A DNA stretch of 61,870 nt, from the NCBI GenBank assembly GCA_026387455.1, contig JAPLLR010000025.1, forward strand, positions 1 through 61,870, in the 5' to 3' direction. Every line of letters begins with the position of its first letter. Position 1 is the stretch's first letter. Made by a program: the position numbers and the translations under genes. The notes under the pieces are model-generated. The model saw only the letters and a program-made list of their open reading frames with translations. It did not search any database and was not told the origin of the DNA. Source of the stretch: Candidatus Omnitrophota bacterium (GTDB taxonomy: Bacteria > Omnitrophota > Gorgyraeia > Gygaellales > Profunditerraquicolaceae). Below, one piece after another: positions 17,597 to 27,166 of this stretch.

Positions 17597-19582
17597 TTAC
17601 TCTTCTTTATCATCGCTCTGCGGCAGGGTGCGGGAAGTATGGCGGCATTTGGGAAAATTGGAACAGCCGTAGAAGAATCCCCTTGCAGACCTACGCTCGA
17701 TCAACTCTCCGCCGCATGCGGCTTCAGGGCATTTCACGCCGCTGGTGATAGACTTGGAAAATTTACACTCCGGGAACCCTGAGCAGCTTAAGAATTTACC
17801 TTTTCTCCCCCACTTGACGATCATCGGCTTACCGCACAGTTCGCATATCTGGTCGGAAGTAATCACTTCTTTCTTAATGTTGGCCTGGGCGTATTCAAGA
17901 CTGGCCTTAAAAGGCTCATAAAAATCCTGCAAGACCTTAACCTTGCCCAGCCGGCCTTCTTCTATCTCATCAAGCTCATCTTCCATGGTAGCGGTGAAAG
18001 TTATATCCATGATCTTGGGAAAATATTCGATGAGCATGTCACACACCTTAAAACCCAGCTCAGTCGGAAAAAAATAACCTTTTACCCTGCGCATGTAATC
18101 GCGCAGGATCAAAGTTGAAATGATCGGGGCATATGTCGAAGGCCTGCCGATACCGTCCTCTTCCAAAGCCTTGACCAAAGAGCTATCCGAATATCTCGGA
18201 GGAGGCTTGGTAAAATGCTGCGACGGATCAAGCTTCAAAAGCTGCAGGATATCTCCTTTCTCAAGCGGCGGGATACCATTCTTTTTCTTCTCGATATTCT
18301 CGCCGTTTTCTTCTTTCTCGTCGTCATCATAAACCGCGAGAAACCCGTTGAATAATGGCGTAGAGCCGGAGGCGCCAAAGTGATAATTATCCGCGCTTAT
18401 ATCAACGCTAGTCACCTGAAAGCGCGCCGGGTTCATCTGGCTGGCCAAAAAACGGTTATAGATAAGTTCGTATAATTTGTACTGCTCGGGAGTAAGGAAA
18501 TTTTCAACGCTTTTGGGCGGGCGTGAAATCAACGACGGACGGATGGCCTCGTGAGCTTCCTGGGCCAGCTTCTTTACCTTATAAGTGTTGGGCTTCTCAG
18601 GCAGATAATCCTTGCCGAATTCCTTGGAAATATAGCTACGCACCTCCTTGATCGCCTCGGGTGCCGCATGCACCGAGTCCGTACGCATGTAGGTGATAAG
18701 ACCTACGGGGTTTTCCTCTCCAATATCAATACCTTCATACAGCTGCTGGGCGATGATCATGGTGCGAGTGCCGTTATATTTCAATTTATTAAACGCTTCC
18801 TGCTGCAGGGTGCTGGTGATAAAAGGGGGTGCCGGATTACGTTTCTTCTCGCTCTTTTTTACCTCCGCCACCCGGAATTCCTTACCCCTAACCTCTTCGA
18901 CCATCTGATCAGCCTGCGCCTTATCAACTATCTCTACTTTCTTGTCGTCTTTTTTCTCTAACTTTGCAATAAATGAAGCGGTGTCTTTTTTAAGCTGGGC
19001 CTCTATCTCCCAATATTCCCGAGGTACAAACTTCTGAATTTCCCGCTCACGATCCACCACCAAACGCAAGGCCACTGATTGCACGCGCCCGGCGCTTAAA
19101 CCACGAGCGATCTTTTTCCATAGCAGCGGACTTAAGAAATACCCCACAATCCTGTCCAGAATCCTGCGGCCTGCCTGAGCCTCGACCATATTGGTGTCAA
19201 ATTCCCTAGGATTTTTAAACGCCTCGGCCACTGCCGCCGGAGTTATCTCATGAAAAATCACCCGAAAGACTTTCTTCTTCTTCAAAAACTGCTCCTTAAT
19301 CTGCCAACCGATAGCCTCTCCCTCGCGATCAGGATCTGTAGCCACATAGATATTCTTGGCTTCCTTAGCCTCCTTTTTAAGGGAAGTGATGACTTTTTCC
19401 CTCTTGGGAAGCACCACATAATCTGCAACAAAACTATTTTCGATATCCACACCCAGAGTCTTCTTGGGAAGATCAACAATATGCCCCATCGAGGAAATTA
19501 TGGAATAATTATCCCCGAGGATGCGCTGAATAGTCTTTGCCTTAGTGGGAGATTCTACGATGACCAAATTCTTCTCTTTCAT
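17597..19582 (-). CDS. topA: DNA topoisomerase I
   Basis: Toprim start LVIVESPTKAKTI, a type IA core, and two C-terminal zinc-ribbon repeats (CELCGKPM...CSGFPECKF; CPEAACGG...CSNFPKC). Confidence 0.9.
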   Translation of the reverse strand: MKEKNLVIVESPTKAKTIQRILGDNYSIISSMGHIVDLPKKTLGVDIENSFVADYVVLPKREKVITSLKKEAKEAKNIYVATDPDREGEAIGWQIKEQFLKKKKVFRVIFHEITPAAVAEAFKNPREFDTNMVEAQAGRRILDRIVGYFLSPLLWKKIARGLSAGRVQSVALRLVVDREREIQKFVPREYWEIEAQLKKDTASFIAKLEKKDDKKVEIVDKAQADQMVEEVRGKEFRVAEVKKSEKKRNPAPPFITSTLQQEAFNKLKYNGTRTMIIAQQLYEGIDIGEENPVGLITYMRTDSVHAAPEAIKEVRSYISKEFGKDYLPEKPNTYKVKKLAQEAHEAIRPSLISRPPKSVENFLTPEQYKLYELIYNRFLASQMNPARFQVTSVDISADNYHFGASGSTPLFNGFLAVYDDDEKEENGENIEKKKNGIPPLEKGDILQLLKLDPSQHFTKPPPRYSDSSLVKALEEDGIGRPSTYAPIISTLILRDYMRRVKGYFFPTELGFKVCDMLIEYFPKIMDITFTATMEDELDEIEEGRLGKVKVLQDFYEPFKASLEYAQANIKKEVITSDQICELCGKPMIVKWGRKGKFLSCSGFPECKFSKSITSGVKCPEAACGGELIERRSARGFFYGCSNFPKCRHTSRTLPQSDDKEE

Positions 19583-20679
19583 TAATTACACCTCGCAAAT
19601 TGTTTTCCGGGTAATTCCTTGACTAGCTTCTTTAGCCTTAACTTTAAAAGTATATCAGAAATGCGGGGAATATCCATGTTTGTCTTCTCCACCAGCTCAT
19701 CCAAAGACACCGGCTCCTTTGACAGCATGTTGCAAACCCAGGAAGCTTCGTCACCAGTCTCTTCGATAAATACTTCTTCCTGGACCTTCTTTGTTTCTCC
19801 TGCCACAGCCTCTGGAATAATATACTCCTGGATAATATCCTCAGCGCTAAAAACCAACTTCGCGCCCTGCTGGATAAGAGCGTTGGGGCCGAATGAAGCA
19901 ACAGAATCCACTTTTCCAGGCAAAGCAAAGACTTCCCTGCCTTGCTCCAGAGCAAAATCCGAAGTGATCAATGCCCCGCTATTCCTGGCTGCCTCGACTA
20001 CCAAAACACCTAGCGATAAACCGCTAACCACCCGGTTCCTACGGGGAAAGTTCTGAGGGAAAGGCAGGGTGTTAAGCGGAAATTCCGAGATCACCGCCCC
20101 GTTCTCAGAGATTTTCTCAGCAAGCTTTCTATTCTCCTCGGGATACAGATGATTAAACCCGCTGCCGATGACTGCCAGAGTGCGTCCACCCTGCTTCAGG
20201 GCTCCGCGATGCGCTGCGGTATCAATTCCCCGGGCCATGCCTGAAACAACAGTAAAACCCTTCTGCGCCAAATCAAAGCCAAACTTTTCCGCACTAGACA
20301 GCCCGTAAAAAGATGCCTGGCGGCTTCCCACTATGGCTATACTGAATTTATCCGCCGCAACCATACTTCCTAATACATACAGTACTATCGGCGGATCATA
20401 TATTTGCAAAAGATTCTCAGGATAATCACTATCATCAATAGTCAGGATCCTCAAGCTCAGCTTCTTCGCCTCAGCCAACTCTTTATCCAGGTCCTCAGCC
20501 TTTAATGCTGCGATCTTAGCCGCAATACCAGCTCCAATTCCCTGAACCTGCAGTAATTTATCCTGCGGAGCTTTAAGAATATCTTCCGCTGATCCGAACG
20601 CCTCCAGCATCCGATTTAAGCGGATGCTTCCCACATCTAAAACCATATTCAAGCTGACTAACGCTTCAAAGCGCTTCAT
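19582..20679 (-). CDS. dprA: DNA processing protein DprA (Smf)
   Basis: The Rossmann-like core has IVGSRQAS, SGMARGIDTAAH and LPGKVDS blocks, with a C-terminal winged-helix tail. The dprA-topA-xer order is a common conserved arrangement. Confidence 0.85.
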   Translation of the reverse strand: MKRFEALVSLNMVLDVGSIRLNRMLEAFGSAEDILKAPQDKLLQVQGIGAGIAAKIAALKAEDLDKELAEAKKLSLRILTIDDSDYPENLLQIYDPPIVLYVLGSMVAADKFSIAIVGSRQASFYGLSSAEKFGFDLAQKGFTVVSGMARGIDTAAHRGALKQGGRTLAVIGSGFNHLYPEENRKLAEKISENGAVISEFPLNTLPFPQNFPRRNRVVSGLSLGVLVVEAARNSGALITSDFALEQGREVFALPGKVDSVASFGPNALIQQGAKLVFSAEDIIQEYIIPEAVAGETKKVQEEVFIEETGDEASWVCNMLSKEPVSLDELVEKTNMDIPRISDILLKLRLKKLVKELPGKQFARCN

Positions 20680-20876
20680 CGATACCTTTCCGAAGATTTT
20701 TGCAGCTCCTAGATAAATTTCTCATCATTGGATGGGCCAGGAACATCAAACCGATAAAAAATGAAAGTATGTTCTTATATCGGCAGATCCCGGCATTCTT
20801 TAGTTCAGAAGTAGAAAATGTCAGAAAGACAAGCCACCAAACACAGTAAAAACTTTCAGCCCAGATCCGGCGAGCT

Positions 20877-21380
20877 TCATCTTTTCAGGCGTAGACTCTT
20901 GATCTTACGCACCACCTCTTTAGGGGAAAGACGCGAGGTATTGATAGTTTTATCCGCCAAGGCATAGTAGGGAGCACGAAGTTTAAGCAAAGTCTCTATC
21001 TGCTTTTTGGGGTCTGGGACATTTAAGAGCGGCCGGTGAGCGCAACCGCTAGTGCGCTTAATAATCACTGCCGGAGTTGCACTGAGACATACTATTACCC
21101 CGGTCTCTTTCATGGCCAGGATATTCTCCTTGCGGGTAACAATACCTCCGCCGCAGGCAATCACAAAATTATCCTCTTTGGCCACTTCTTTAAGGGCCTT
21201 GGTCTCGGCTTTGCGAAAATAAGACTCACCTTTTCTGGCAAAAATATCGCTAATCGCGGCTTTTTCCCTTATTTCGATCAGCTGATCAAGATCCATAAAC
21301 TTCCATTTCTTCTGCCGGGCCAGCTCCTGCCCTACCACGCTCTTACCTGTACCCATGAATCCGACTAGATAAATATTCAT
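20877..21380 (-). CDS. aroK: Shikimate kinase
   Basis: NIYLVGFMGTGKS P-loop, a GGG(I)V block, and size of 167 aa. Confidence 0.85.
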   Translation of the reverse strand: MNIYLVGFMGTGKSVVGQELARQKKWKFMDLDQLIEIREKAAISDIFARKGESYFRKAETKALKEVAKEDNFVIACGGGIVTRKENILAMKETGVIVCLSATPAVIIKRTSGCAHRPLLNVPDPKKQIETLLKLRAPYYALADKTINTSRLSPKEVVRKIKSLRLKR

Positions 21381-21391
21381 ATTAAATTATT

Positions 21392-21426
21392 ATGGTTGGG
21401 ATTGGCTAATGACCAACCCCAACCAT
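21392..21426 (-). terminator. Strong 14-bp hairpin between spoVG and aroK (attenuator or processing hairpin; no clean U-tract)
   Basis: ATGGTTGGGATTGG-ctaatga-CCAACCCCAACCAT. On the minus strand it is followed by AATAATTTAAT and then the aroK ATG. Confidence 0.3.
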
Positions 21427-21434
21427 GGTTTTCC

Positions 21435-21692
21435 CTATTCCTGATACGCCGCCAGCACAACCTGTGCTAAAGCCTGACGGGCTTCCTGAGTCACCGGAGA
21501 AAAAGTGTCATAGTATTTCCCATCCTTAGATTTCTCCTGCGGCATGGATAAAAATAACCCCTTCTTTCCTTCGACTACACGCAAACCTTTGACGATAAAA
21601 TCGCCTATAGCGATATCGGCAAAAGCTTTTGTTTTGGAATCCGAGTCAAAGCGGTGCAGCCTGACTACCTTTACTTCCTGTACATCTGCCAT
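21435..21692 (-). CDS. spoVG: SpoVG family protein
   Basis: MADVQEVKVVRLHRF...KAFADIAIGDFIVKGLRVVEGKKGLFLSMP is typical SpoVG. AAGGAGGTG lies 7 nt upstream of the ATG at 21692, so the ORF-track extension to 21758 is unlikely to be translated. Confidence 0.85.
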   Translation of the reverse strand: MADVQEVKVVRLHRFDSDSKTKAFADIAIGDFIVKGLRVVEGKKGLFLSMPQEKSKDGKYYDTFSPVTQEARQALAQVVLAAYQE

Positions 21693-21711
21693 CCTAATCA
21701 CCTCCTTCAAT

Positions 21712-21799
21712 GAGCCACACCGAAGGTGGGGCTCATTGAACTTCGCCGAATGCGCCAAAATTATGGAACAGAATTTTGGCAGCGATTATGAGGCGAGGC
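21712..21799 (-). repeat. Family B structured element, copy 2 (in the spoVG 5-prime leader), plus an SD-proximal hairpin
   Basis: RNA sense: GCCTCGCCTCATAATCGCTGCCAAAATT...AATTTTGGCGCATTCGGCGAAGT, then GAGCCCCACCttcgGTGTGGCTC, then ATTGAAGGAGG. It is homologous to 61478..61572 and 59652..59718. Confidence 0.6.
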
Positions 21800-21874
21800 A
21801 TTCAACTGCCCCAAACTTTGGGGCCCTCACTTAAATAGACGTACAGGGGGTGATTTTCTAACAAAAATATTTTA

Positions 21875-22162
21875 CTAATAAGTGCTTTCGACAATAATTT
21901 CCCAACGAGTAATATCTTTGAATATCACGGTATAATCCAGATCTTCTAAGGTTTTCTCAAAATTCTTTGTTTTTCCGGCAAGTAACCCATTAACAACCGT
22001 TACCGTACTTGCTATAACAATACTCTTTTTAAATAAAATTATCCTGATAGCCATGGCATTATAGTTCCTACCGGACCTGTTTTCCACTTCACCCCTGACA
22101 ACAATCTGGTTAGTAGTATCTGCCTTTGATACGGTCACGTTGTAAAAATTAATATTGGCCAT
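21875..22162 (-). CDS. Hypothetical small beta-rich protein (95 aa), FxLYD-domain-like
   Basis: The pattern VVRGEVENRSGRNYNAMAIRIILFKK..IVIAS..VVNGLLAGKTKNFE resembles FxLYD-type domains. The gene looks AT-richer than its neighbours by eye. Confidence 0.4.
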   Translation of the reverse strand: MANINFYNVTVSKADTTNQIVVRGEVENRSGRNYNAMAIRIILFKKSIVIASTVTVVNGLLAGKTKNFEKTLEDLDYTVIFKDITRWEIIVESTY

Positions 22163-22166
22163 TTAA

Positions 22167-23207
22167 TTATTTTATCCTTTCTAGATAGTCCCAGTAAGCT
22201 TTGCTAATGTCTCTGAGGGAATCCTGGCCAAATTTCTCTAACAATGCCTCTGCCAAAACATATGCGCAGGCTGCCTCAGCTACCACCCCCGCAGCCTCCA
22301 CCACGCAGGTGTCGGAGCGCTCAGTTGCGGCACGGGATGTCTTTTTGGAATTAATATTTACCGAATCAAGCGGCCTCATTAAAGTGGCTATCGGTTTCAT
22401 GCAGGCGCGTAAGATTATATCCTCGCCGTTTGAGATACCGCCTTCAATGCCTCCGGCATTATTAGTCTTGTGAAAATAACCTTTTCCTTTTTTGTAATAA
22501 ATGGGGTCGTGCACCTCTGAGCCGAAGCTCACTCCGTAACCAATACCCAGCCCGATCTCAAAAGCCTTGATCCCGGGTATAGCTATAATGTTCTGAGCCA
22601 ACCTGGCATCTAGGCGCCTATCCGGCTGAACATAGCTACCTAATCCCGCCGGAACACTTTTTGCCGTTACCTCAAAGAGGCCGCCTATGGTATCCTTATT
22701 AACAATTGCCTCTTTGATCTTAGCCACGATAGCAGACGGAGAACTTTCCGCGCCCACAGACAAAACTCTGCTGGATATTCTGATCCCGAACTCCTGCAGA
22801 AAAATCCTGCAAACCGCGCCTATGGCTACCGTAGCCGCGGTACTACGCGCAGAAGCCCGCTCCAGCACCTCGCGGATATCGGAAAAACCGTATTTTAAAA
22901 ATCCCGGAAGATCCGCATGCCCAGGCCGCGGAGAAACCACCTTATGCAAAAGCTCAATTTTATAATCTTTATTGCGGATCAGTAAAGCAATGGGACTGCC
23001 TAAAGATACTCCTGCCTTTAGCCCGGAAATAATTTCCGCGGTATCGTTTTCTATCTGCATGCGCTTGCCGCGGCCAAAGCCGGCCTGCCTGCGCTTCAAC
23101 TGCGCATTGATTCCGACAGCGCTGATCTTTAATCCTGCCGGCATTCCCTCTAATATGGCAACCAGGCCTTTTCCGTGCGATTCACCTGCGGTCAAATATC
23201 GTAACAT
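22167..23207 (-). CDS. aroC: Chorismate synthase
   Basis: MLRYLTAGESHGK start and GRGKRM, RPGHAD, SARSTA blocks. GGAGG lies 5 nt upstream of the ATG at 23207. Confidence 0.9.
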   Translation of the reverse strand: MLRYLTAGESHGKGLVAILEGMPAGLKISAVGINAQLKRRQAGFGRGKRMQIENDTAEIISGLKAGVSLGSPIALLIRNKDYKIELLHKVVSPRPGHADLPGFLKYGFSDIREVLERASARSTAATVAIGAVCRIFLQEFGIRISSRVLSVGAESSPSAIVAKIKEAIVNKDTIGGLFEVTAKSVPAGLGSYVQPDRRLDARLAQNIIAIPGIKAFEIGLGIGYGVSFGSEVHDPIYYKKGKGYFHKTNNAGGIEGGISNGEDIILRACMKPIATLMRPLDSVNINSKKTSRAATERSDTCVVEAAGVVAEAACAYVLAEALLEKFGQDSLRDISKAYWDYLERIK

Positions 23208-23220
23208 AAACACCTCCCTC

Positions 23221-23799
23221 TTATTTCCATAATCCTCTATTATTCTCTCTCGCCTGCCGGTATAGTTTCACGAACTCATCCGTATGTTTTACGTTCGGCG
23301 GATAAGTCATCACTGAGGCATACCCTTCTTCTATGATCTTGGCGTTTACGAATGTTCCGTCGCTGACCAGATAAACATAGGCCAGAAGCCGCTTATACTT
23401 ATCATATCTATCCACATCGAACTCAAGCCGCACCGGCCTGCCCTCGACCAGATTCCGGGTGAACTCCGCGGCACGCTTGCCCATCTCCTGTATAGTTTTA
23501 GTATCCTGCTTTGAGCGCTCGGAATCCCGGTAGAGCTTCTTGGACTCATGCATCTCAGGAGTGTCAATTCCGATAAGCCTCACCCGCTCACCGTTCTCCA
23601 GCAAAAGCGTATCTCCATCCACCGCCCGCTTGACCAGGATATTGTCGTATTTATAGTTTTTGCCAAACTTCACCTGAAACTTGGCGTCATTGCTGTTATA
23701 AACCACCCCTTCGCTCTGGGCCCGATTAAAATAGGAAGAAATAAGCAAAGCAATAACAGATACTCCCAGAGTCAATAATTTTATAGTACTTCTTTTCAT
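23221..23799 (-). CDS. Secreted thermonuclease (SNase / micrococcal nuclease family)
   Basis: Signal peptide, then VKRAVDGDTLLLENGERVRLIGIDTPE and a later RLLAYVY block. Confidence 0.8.
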   Translation of the reverse strand: MKRSTIKLLTLGVSVIALLISSYFNRAQSEGVVYNSNDAKFQVKFGKNYKYDNILVKRAVDGDTLLLENGERVRLIGIDTPEMHESKKLYRDSERSKQDTKTIQEMGKRAAEFTRNLVEGRPVRLEFDVDRYDKYKRLLAYVYLVSDGTFVNAKIIEEGYASVMTYPPNVKHTDEFVKLYRQARENNRGLWK

Positions 23800-23808
23800 G
23801 TGTTCTCC

Positions 23809-24309
23809 CTATAAACTGGAAGCTATAATACCGGCTAAAACCACGATATCTTCCGTGCAGAAAATTTCCCTGATACTACGGTCAAAATAAATATTGGCGT
23901 CAGGGCCGAAATCCTCGTCGGACTTCCAGACTTTTACCAGCGCCGGCACACCCTCAAAGGTAATGACCTCAATCACGGTATCTTCGACCTTATGGCCGTA
24001 TTTTCTAATGATCGGCTCAATTGCGCGCTTCTTAAAAGCCTCAAAATACCCCTCTATCCCGGATAATTCTCTGAAAGTCAGCCATTCCCCGATTACTGCA
24101 GGCAAGCCCTGTAGTTTCTTAACCGCATAATGCAGAATAAGTATACAATAGAAATCTTTGGCCGGCACATTGCAGGATAAAGACATTACGACCTGATTCT
24201 GTAAATCTATGGAATATTCTTCAGCTAAGAACTTTACTGCTAAACTCTTAGCAGGGTTTAAGTTACGTAATTCCTCCCAAGCCTTGAGTTTCGCCGCCTC
24301 ATAGCTCAT
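23809..24309 (-). CDS. DUF3786-like protein
   Basis: 166 aa. The overall pattern (LSCNVPAKDF, FRELSG, C-terminal FDRS...F.TEDI) recalls DUF3786. This is recalled from memory and was not verified. Confidence 0.4.
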   Translation of the reverse strand: MSYEAAKLKAWEELRNLNPAKSLAVKFLAEEYSIDLQNQVVMSLSCNVPAKDFYCILILHYAVKKLQGLPAVIGEWLTFRELSGIEGYFEAFKKRAIEPIIRKYGHKVEDTVIEVITFEGVPALVKVWKSDEDFGPDANIYFDRSIREIFCTEDIVVLAGIIASSL

Positions 24310-24332
24310 ATTTTTTATAATAACATTTTTAT

Positions 24333-24361
24333 TAGATAAATCAATGGTTTTACATTATAAT
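24333..24361 (+). promoter_or_regulatory. Candidate sigma70-type promoter giving a leaderless helicase mRNA
   Basis: TATAAT at 24356..24361 lies 6 nt before the ATG at 24368. A weak -35 (TAGATA) sits 17 nt upstream. There is no SD before either candidate ATG. Confidence 0.3.
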
Positions 24362-24367
24362 ACTCCT

Positions 24368-26248
24368 ATGCAATACGACCGTTTCCAACAAGAAGCCATT
24401 GATTTCATCAACCAAGGCTATTCGGTGATCGTCTCCGCTCCTACTGGAGCGGGCAAAACCGCCATCGCCGAGCATATCATCGATACCTCCATCCAGAATA
24501 ACCGCTGCGTGATCTACACAGCGCCCATCAAAGCCCTTTCCAACCAGAAGTACCGGGATTTCCAGGCCCAGTTCGGGAATAATATAGGTATACTTACAGG
24601 AGACGTATCCATCAATCCCGACGCCGCGGTACTGATCATGACCACCGAGATATTCCGAAATAAGATTCTGGATGAGCCGGAAAGCCTCAATAAATACTCC
24701 TGGGTTATCTTTGATGAGATCCACTATATTGATAACCCGGAGCGTGGCACAGTATGGGAAGAGTCGCTAATATTTTTACCCAAGCACATGAATATCCTGG
24801 GGCTTTCCGCCACTATTCCCAATATCAAGCAATTCGCTCAGTGGATAGAATCCACCCACAACAAGCCGGTGAAGGTGATCATCGAGGATAAACGGCCGGT
24901 GCCGCTACATTTTTTCTTTCAGGCGCGAAATGAGATCTTTGACAAGCTAGAGAGCCTTAAGCGTTTTCGCGAGGGCCGCTTCAATAAAATTTCTACCTTA
25001 ATCAATTACATCCGCCAAAAAGAAGGCCTTCCGGCGATATATTTTGTCTTTGGCAGACGGCGCGCCGAAGAGCTGGCCTCAGAACTTACCAGCTATAATT
25101 TTCTTAACGGCAAGGAGAAAGAACAGATCACTAATCTTTTCAACGGCTTGGTAGAGCGTTTTGACTTAAAGACCGACCGCACTACCATGGAGATGTACCC
25201 TTTAATCCAACGGGGCATTGCCTATCACCACGCCGGGATGCTTCCCACCTTAAAAGAAGTAGTAGAAAGATTATTCACCAGCCGGCTGCTTAAAGTGATA
25301 TTCACTACCGAAACTTTTGCCCTCGGGATAAACATGCCCAGCCGCTCGGTGATGTTCGATGACCTGCGCAAATTCTACGGCCGCTATGTGCGCACCCTTA
25401 AGACCCGCGACTTTTATCAGATGGCCGGCCGCGCGGGCAGACGCGGAATGGACACGGAAGGTTTTGTCTATTGCCGGGTGAACCTGCACCGCATCAGCTA
25501 CGATGAAGTCAAACGCATCATCTACGGAAATCCCGAAGAAGTCCGGAGCCAGCTAAACACATCATACGCTACCATACTTAACCTCTATGAAAAATATAAA
25601 GAGGATCTTTTTAAAATCTATCCCTTATCGCTGCATTATTTCCAGTCTCGTAAAAACGAACAAAAAGAAGCTTTGCGACTGATAGAAGCTAAATTAAAAC
25701 TGCTTAAAGAAATGAATTACATCTGTAATGGAGAGTTAACCAAAAAAGGGCAGTTCGCCAAGAGCGTTTACGGATATGAATTGATATTGGCGGAACTTTA
25801 CGAGGCAAATGTGCTGGAGCAGCTGGATGAGTTCGGCCTGGGGATCATCGCCTCAGCCGTGGTATTTGAGCCGCGCAAAAACCAGAAGATGCCCCTTGGG
25901 CTTTCCAAAAACACCAAAAGTATCAAGCGCGCCTGCGAAGAAGTATTTGACACCATCAAACACAAAGAAGAGCGCTACCGGATCTACCCTTTTAGCAAGA
26001 TCCCCTATTTTCATTTAAGTGTAGCTATGGAGGCCTGGCTACGGGGCACTGCCTTTGATAAGATGCTGCGCTTTAGCGACACAGACGAGGGGGAAATGGT
26101 AAGATATTTTCGGATGAGTATCCAGATCCTGCGTGAGATCAACAAAGCCAAAGTCGCTTCCCCGATCCTTAAAGACAAGATCAAAGAAACTGTGCGAGTG
26201 ATCAACCGCGATATAATCGATGCGGAAAAACAGTTAAGAGAGGGATAA
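24368..26248 (+). CDS. Ski2-like DExH-box helicase (HelY/Mtr4-like, with a DSHCT-type C-terminal region)
   Basis: [44 protein letters not shown] and [10 protein letters not shown]. The ORF opens at 24344. This is the only complete plus-strand gene in the window. Confidence 0.8.
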   Translation: MQYDRFQQEAIDFINQGYSVIVSAPTGAGKTAIAEHIIDTSIQNNRCVIYTAPIKALSNQKYRDFQAQFGNNIGILTGDVSINPDAAVLIMTTEIFRNKILDEPESLNKYSWVIFDEIHYIDNPERGTVWEESLIFLPKHMNILGLSATIPNIKQFAQWIESTHNKPVKVIIEDKRPVPLHFFFQARNEIFDKLESLKRFREGRFNKISTLINYIRQKEGLPAIYFVFGRRRAEELASELTSYNFLNGKEKEQITNLFNGLVERFDLKTDRTTMEMYPLIQRGIAYHHAGMLPTLKEVVERLFTSRLLKVIFTTETFALGINMPSRSVMFDDLRKFYGRYVRTLKTRDFYQMAGRAGRRGMDTEGFVYCRVNLHRISYDEVKRIIYGNPEEVRSQLNTSYATILNLYEKYKEDLFKIYPLSLHYFQSRKNEQKEALRLIEAKLKLLKEMNYICNGELTKKGQFAKSVYGYELILAELYEANVLEQLDEFGLGIIASAVVFEPRKNQKMPLGLSKNTKSIKRACEEVFDTIKHKEERYRIYPFSKIPYFHLSVAMEAWLRGTAFDKMLRFSDTDEGEMVRYFRMSIQILREINKAKVASPILKDKIKETVRVINRDIIDAEKQLREG

Positions 26249-27166
26249 TAAATAATCCTGAAGGATCTTTTTGTGATCAAAGGCAAAATCGTGCTTCAAG
26301 ATTTCGTCTTTTTTTATTATTCTTAAACCCGCCGCGTCATCCCCTGCTTTAGGTATACCTTTAGCCTCAGCGATAAACACGGTGCCGATGGTATGAAAAC
26401 GGGGATCACGGTTTGGGTCAGAATAGGTATGAAATTGCTTTATCCTGGTCACGTTTAAATCAGTCTCTTCTTTTACTTCCCGCGTCAACGCATCTTCAAG
26501 GCTTTCCCCGTAATCCACGAATCCTCCGGGAAGGGCCAGTCCAAAAGGCGGGTTACTACGCTCAATCACCACTATACCGCTATCTATCTCAATTATTGCA
26601 TCCACTGTGGTGTACGGACCTGCGCTTAACTTCTGAGTAACATAGGTAAGATACCCGATAACTCCTTTATTGAATACGTCGTAGGCCTCCTGATCATAAA
26701 GGCAGAATATAATTTCTTTAATTCCGGACTCTTGCTCGCGCAGAAACTTCAACACTTCCTGAGCCATGATCTTGGCTGAGGCGAGCACCGAAAATCCGCC
26801 AGTTCCGCAGCCTAAGGCAGGAAATGCAATCGAGGATATCTTTAATTCCTGCGCCACCTTAAGGCTGTTACGGGCGGAATCTCTGATTTTAATTTCATCA
26901 GTCTTGAAACTCATATCCATAGTTGCAGCATGGATGACATATTTAGAAGGCAAGTTTCCCGCGGAGGTAGCCACTGCCTCGCCTATCTTTATCGGAGCCT
27001 TCTTTACCGCTTCATCCTCAATAATTTGGCCGCCTTTTCTCTTTATTGCCCCAGCCACGCCCCCACCCATCACCAGCTTATTATTGGCGGCATTGACGAT
27101 AGCGTCAACTTTGAGCTCAGTGATATCACCTTTTACAATCCTGATTTCAGTATCTTTTATTTTCAT
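26234..27166 (-). CDS. Macro domain - Nudix hydrolase fusion
   Basis: The N-terminal macro domain has [32 protein letters not shown] and a GCGTGG block. The C-terminal Nudix box is [26 protein letters not shown]. The ATG at 27166 forms a TAATG junction with the yjbQ-like stop. Confidence 0.8.
   Translation of the reverse strand: MKIKDTEIRIVKGDITELKVDAIVNAANNKLVMGGGVAGAIKRKGGQIIEDEAVKKAPIKIGEAVATSAGNLPSKYVIHAATMDMSFKTDEIKIRDSARNSLKVAQELKISSIAFPALGCGTGGFSVLASAKIMAQEVLKFLREQESGIKEIIFCLYDQEAYDVFNKGVIGYLTYVTQKLSAGPYTTVDAIIEIDSGIVVIERSNPPFGLALPGGFVDYGESLEDALTREVKEETDLNVTRIKQFHTYSDPNRDPRFHTIGTVFIAEAKGIPKAGDDAAGLRIIKKDEILKHDFAFDHKKILQDYLLSLS

Noticed and set aside
17192-17597. Two ORF-track ORFs (124 aa and 77 aa, minus strand) covering the topA-xer intergenic island.
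   Set aside because: Their composition is dominated by Arg/Pro/Gly/Ala/Cys, as expected from translating GC-rich palindromic DNA. There is no SD or sensible start context. They overlap each other and the xer start. The DNA is better explained as nested hairpin repeats.
20821-20880. 19-codon ORF (MKLAGSGLKVFTVFGGLSF) that is ATGA-coupled to the aroK stop.
   Set aside because: It is too short for any sequence-based support, and it could be chance in an AT-rich gap. It is mentioned under the 20.7-kb gap finding only.
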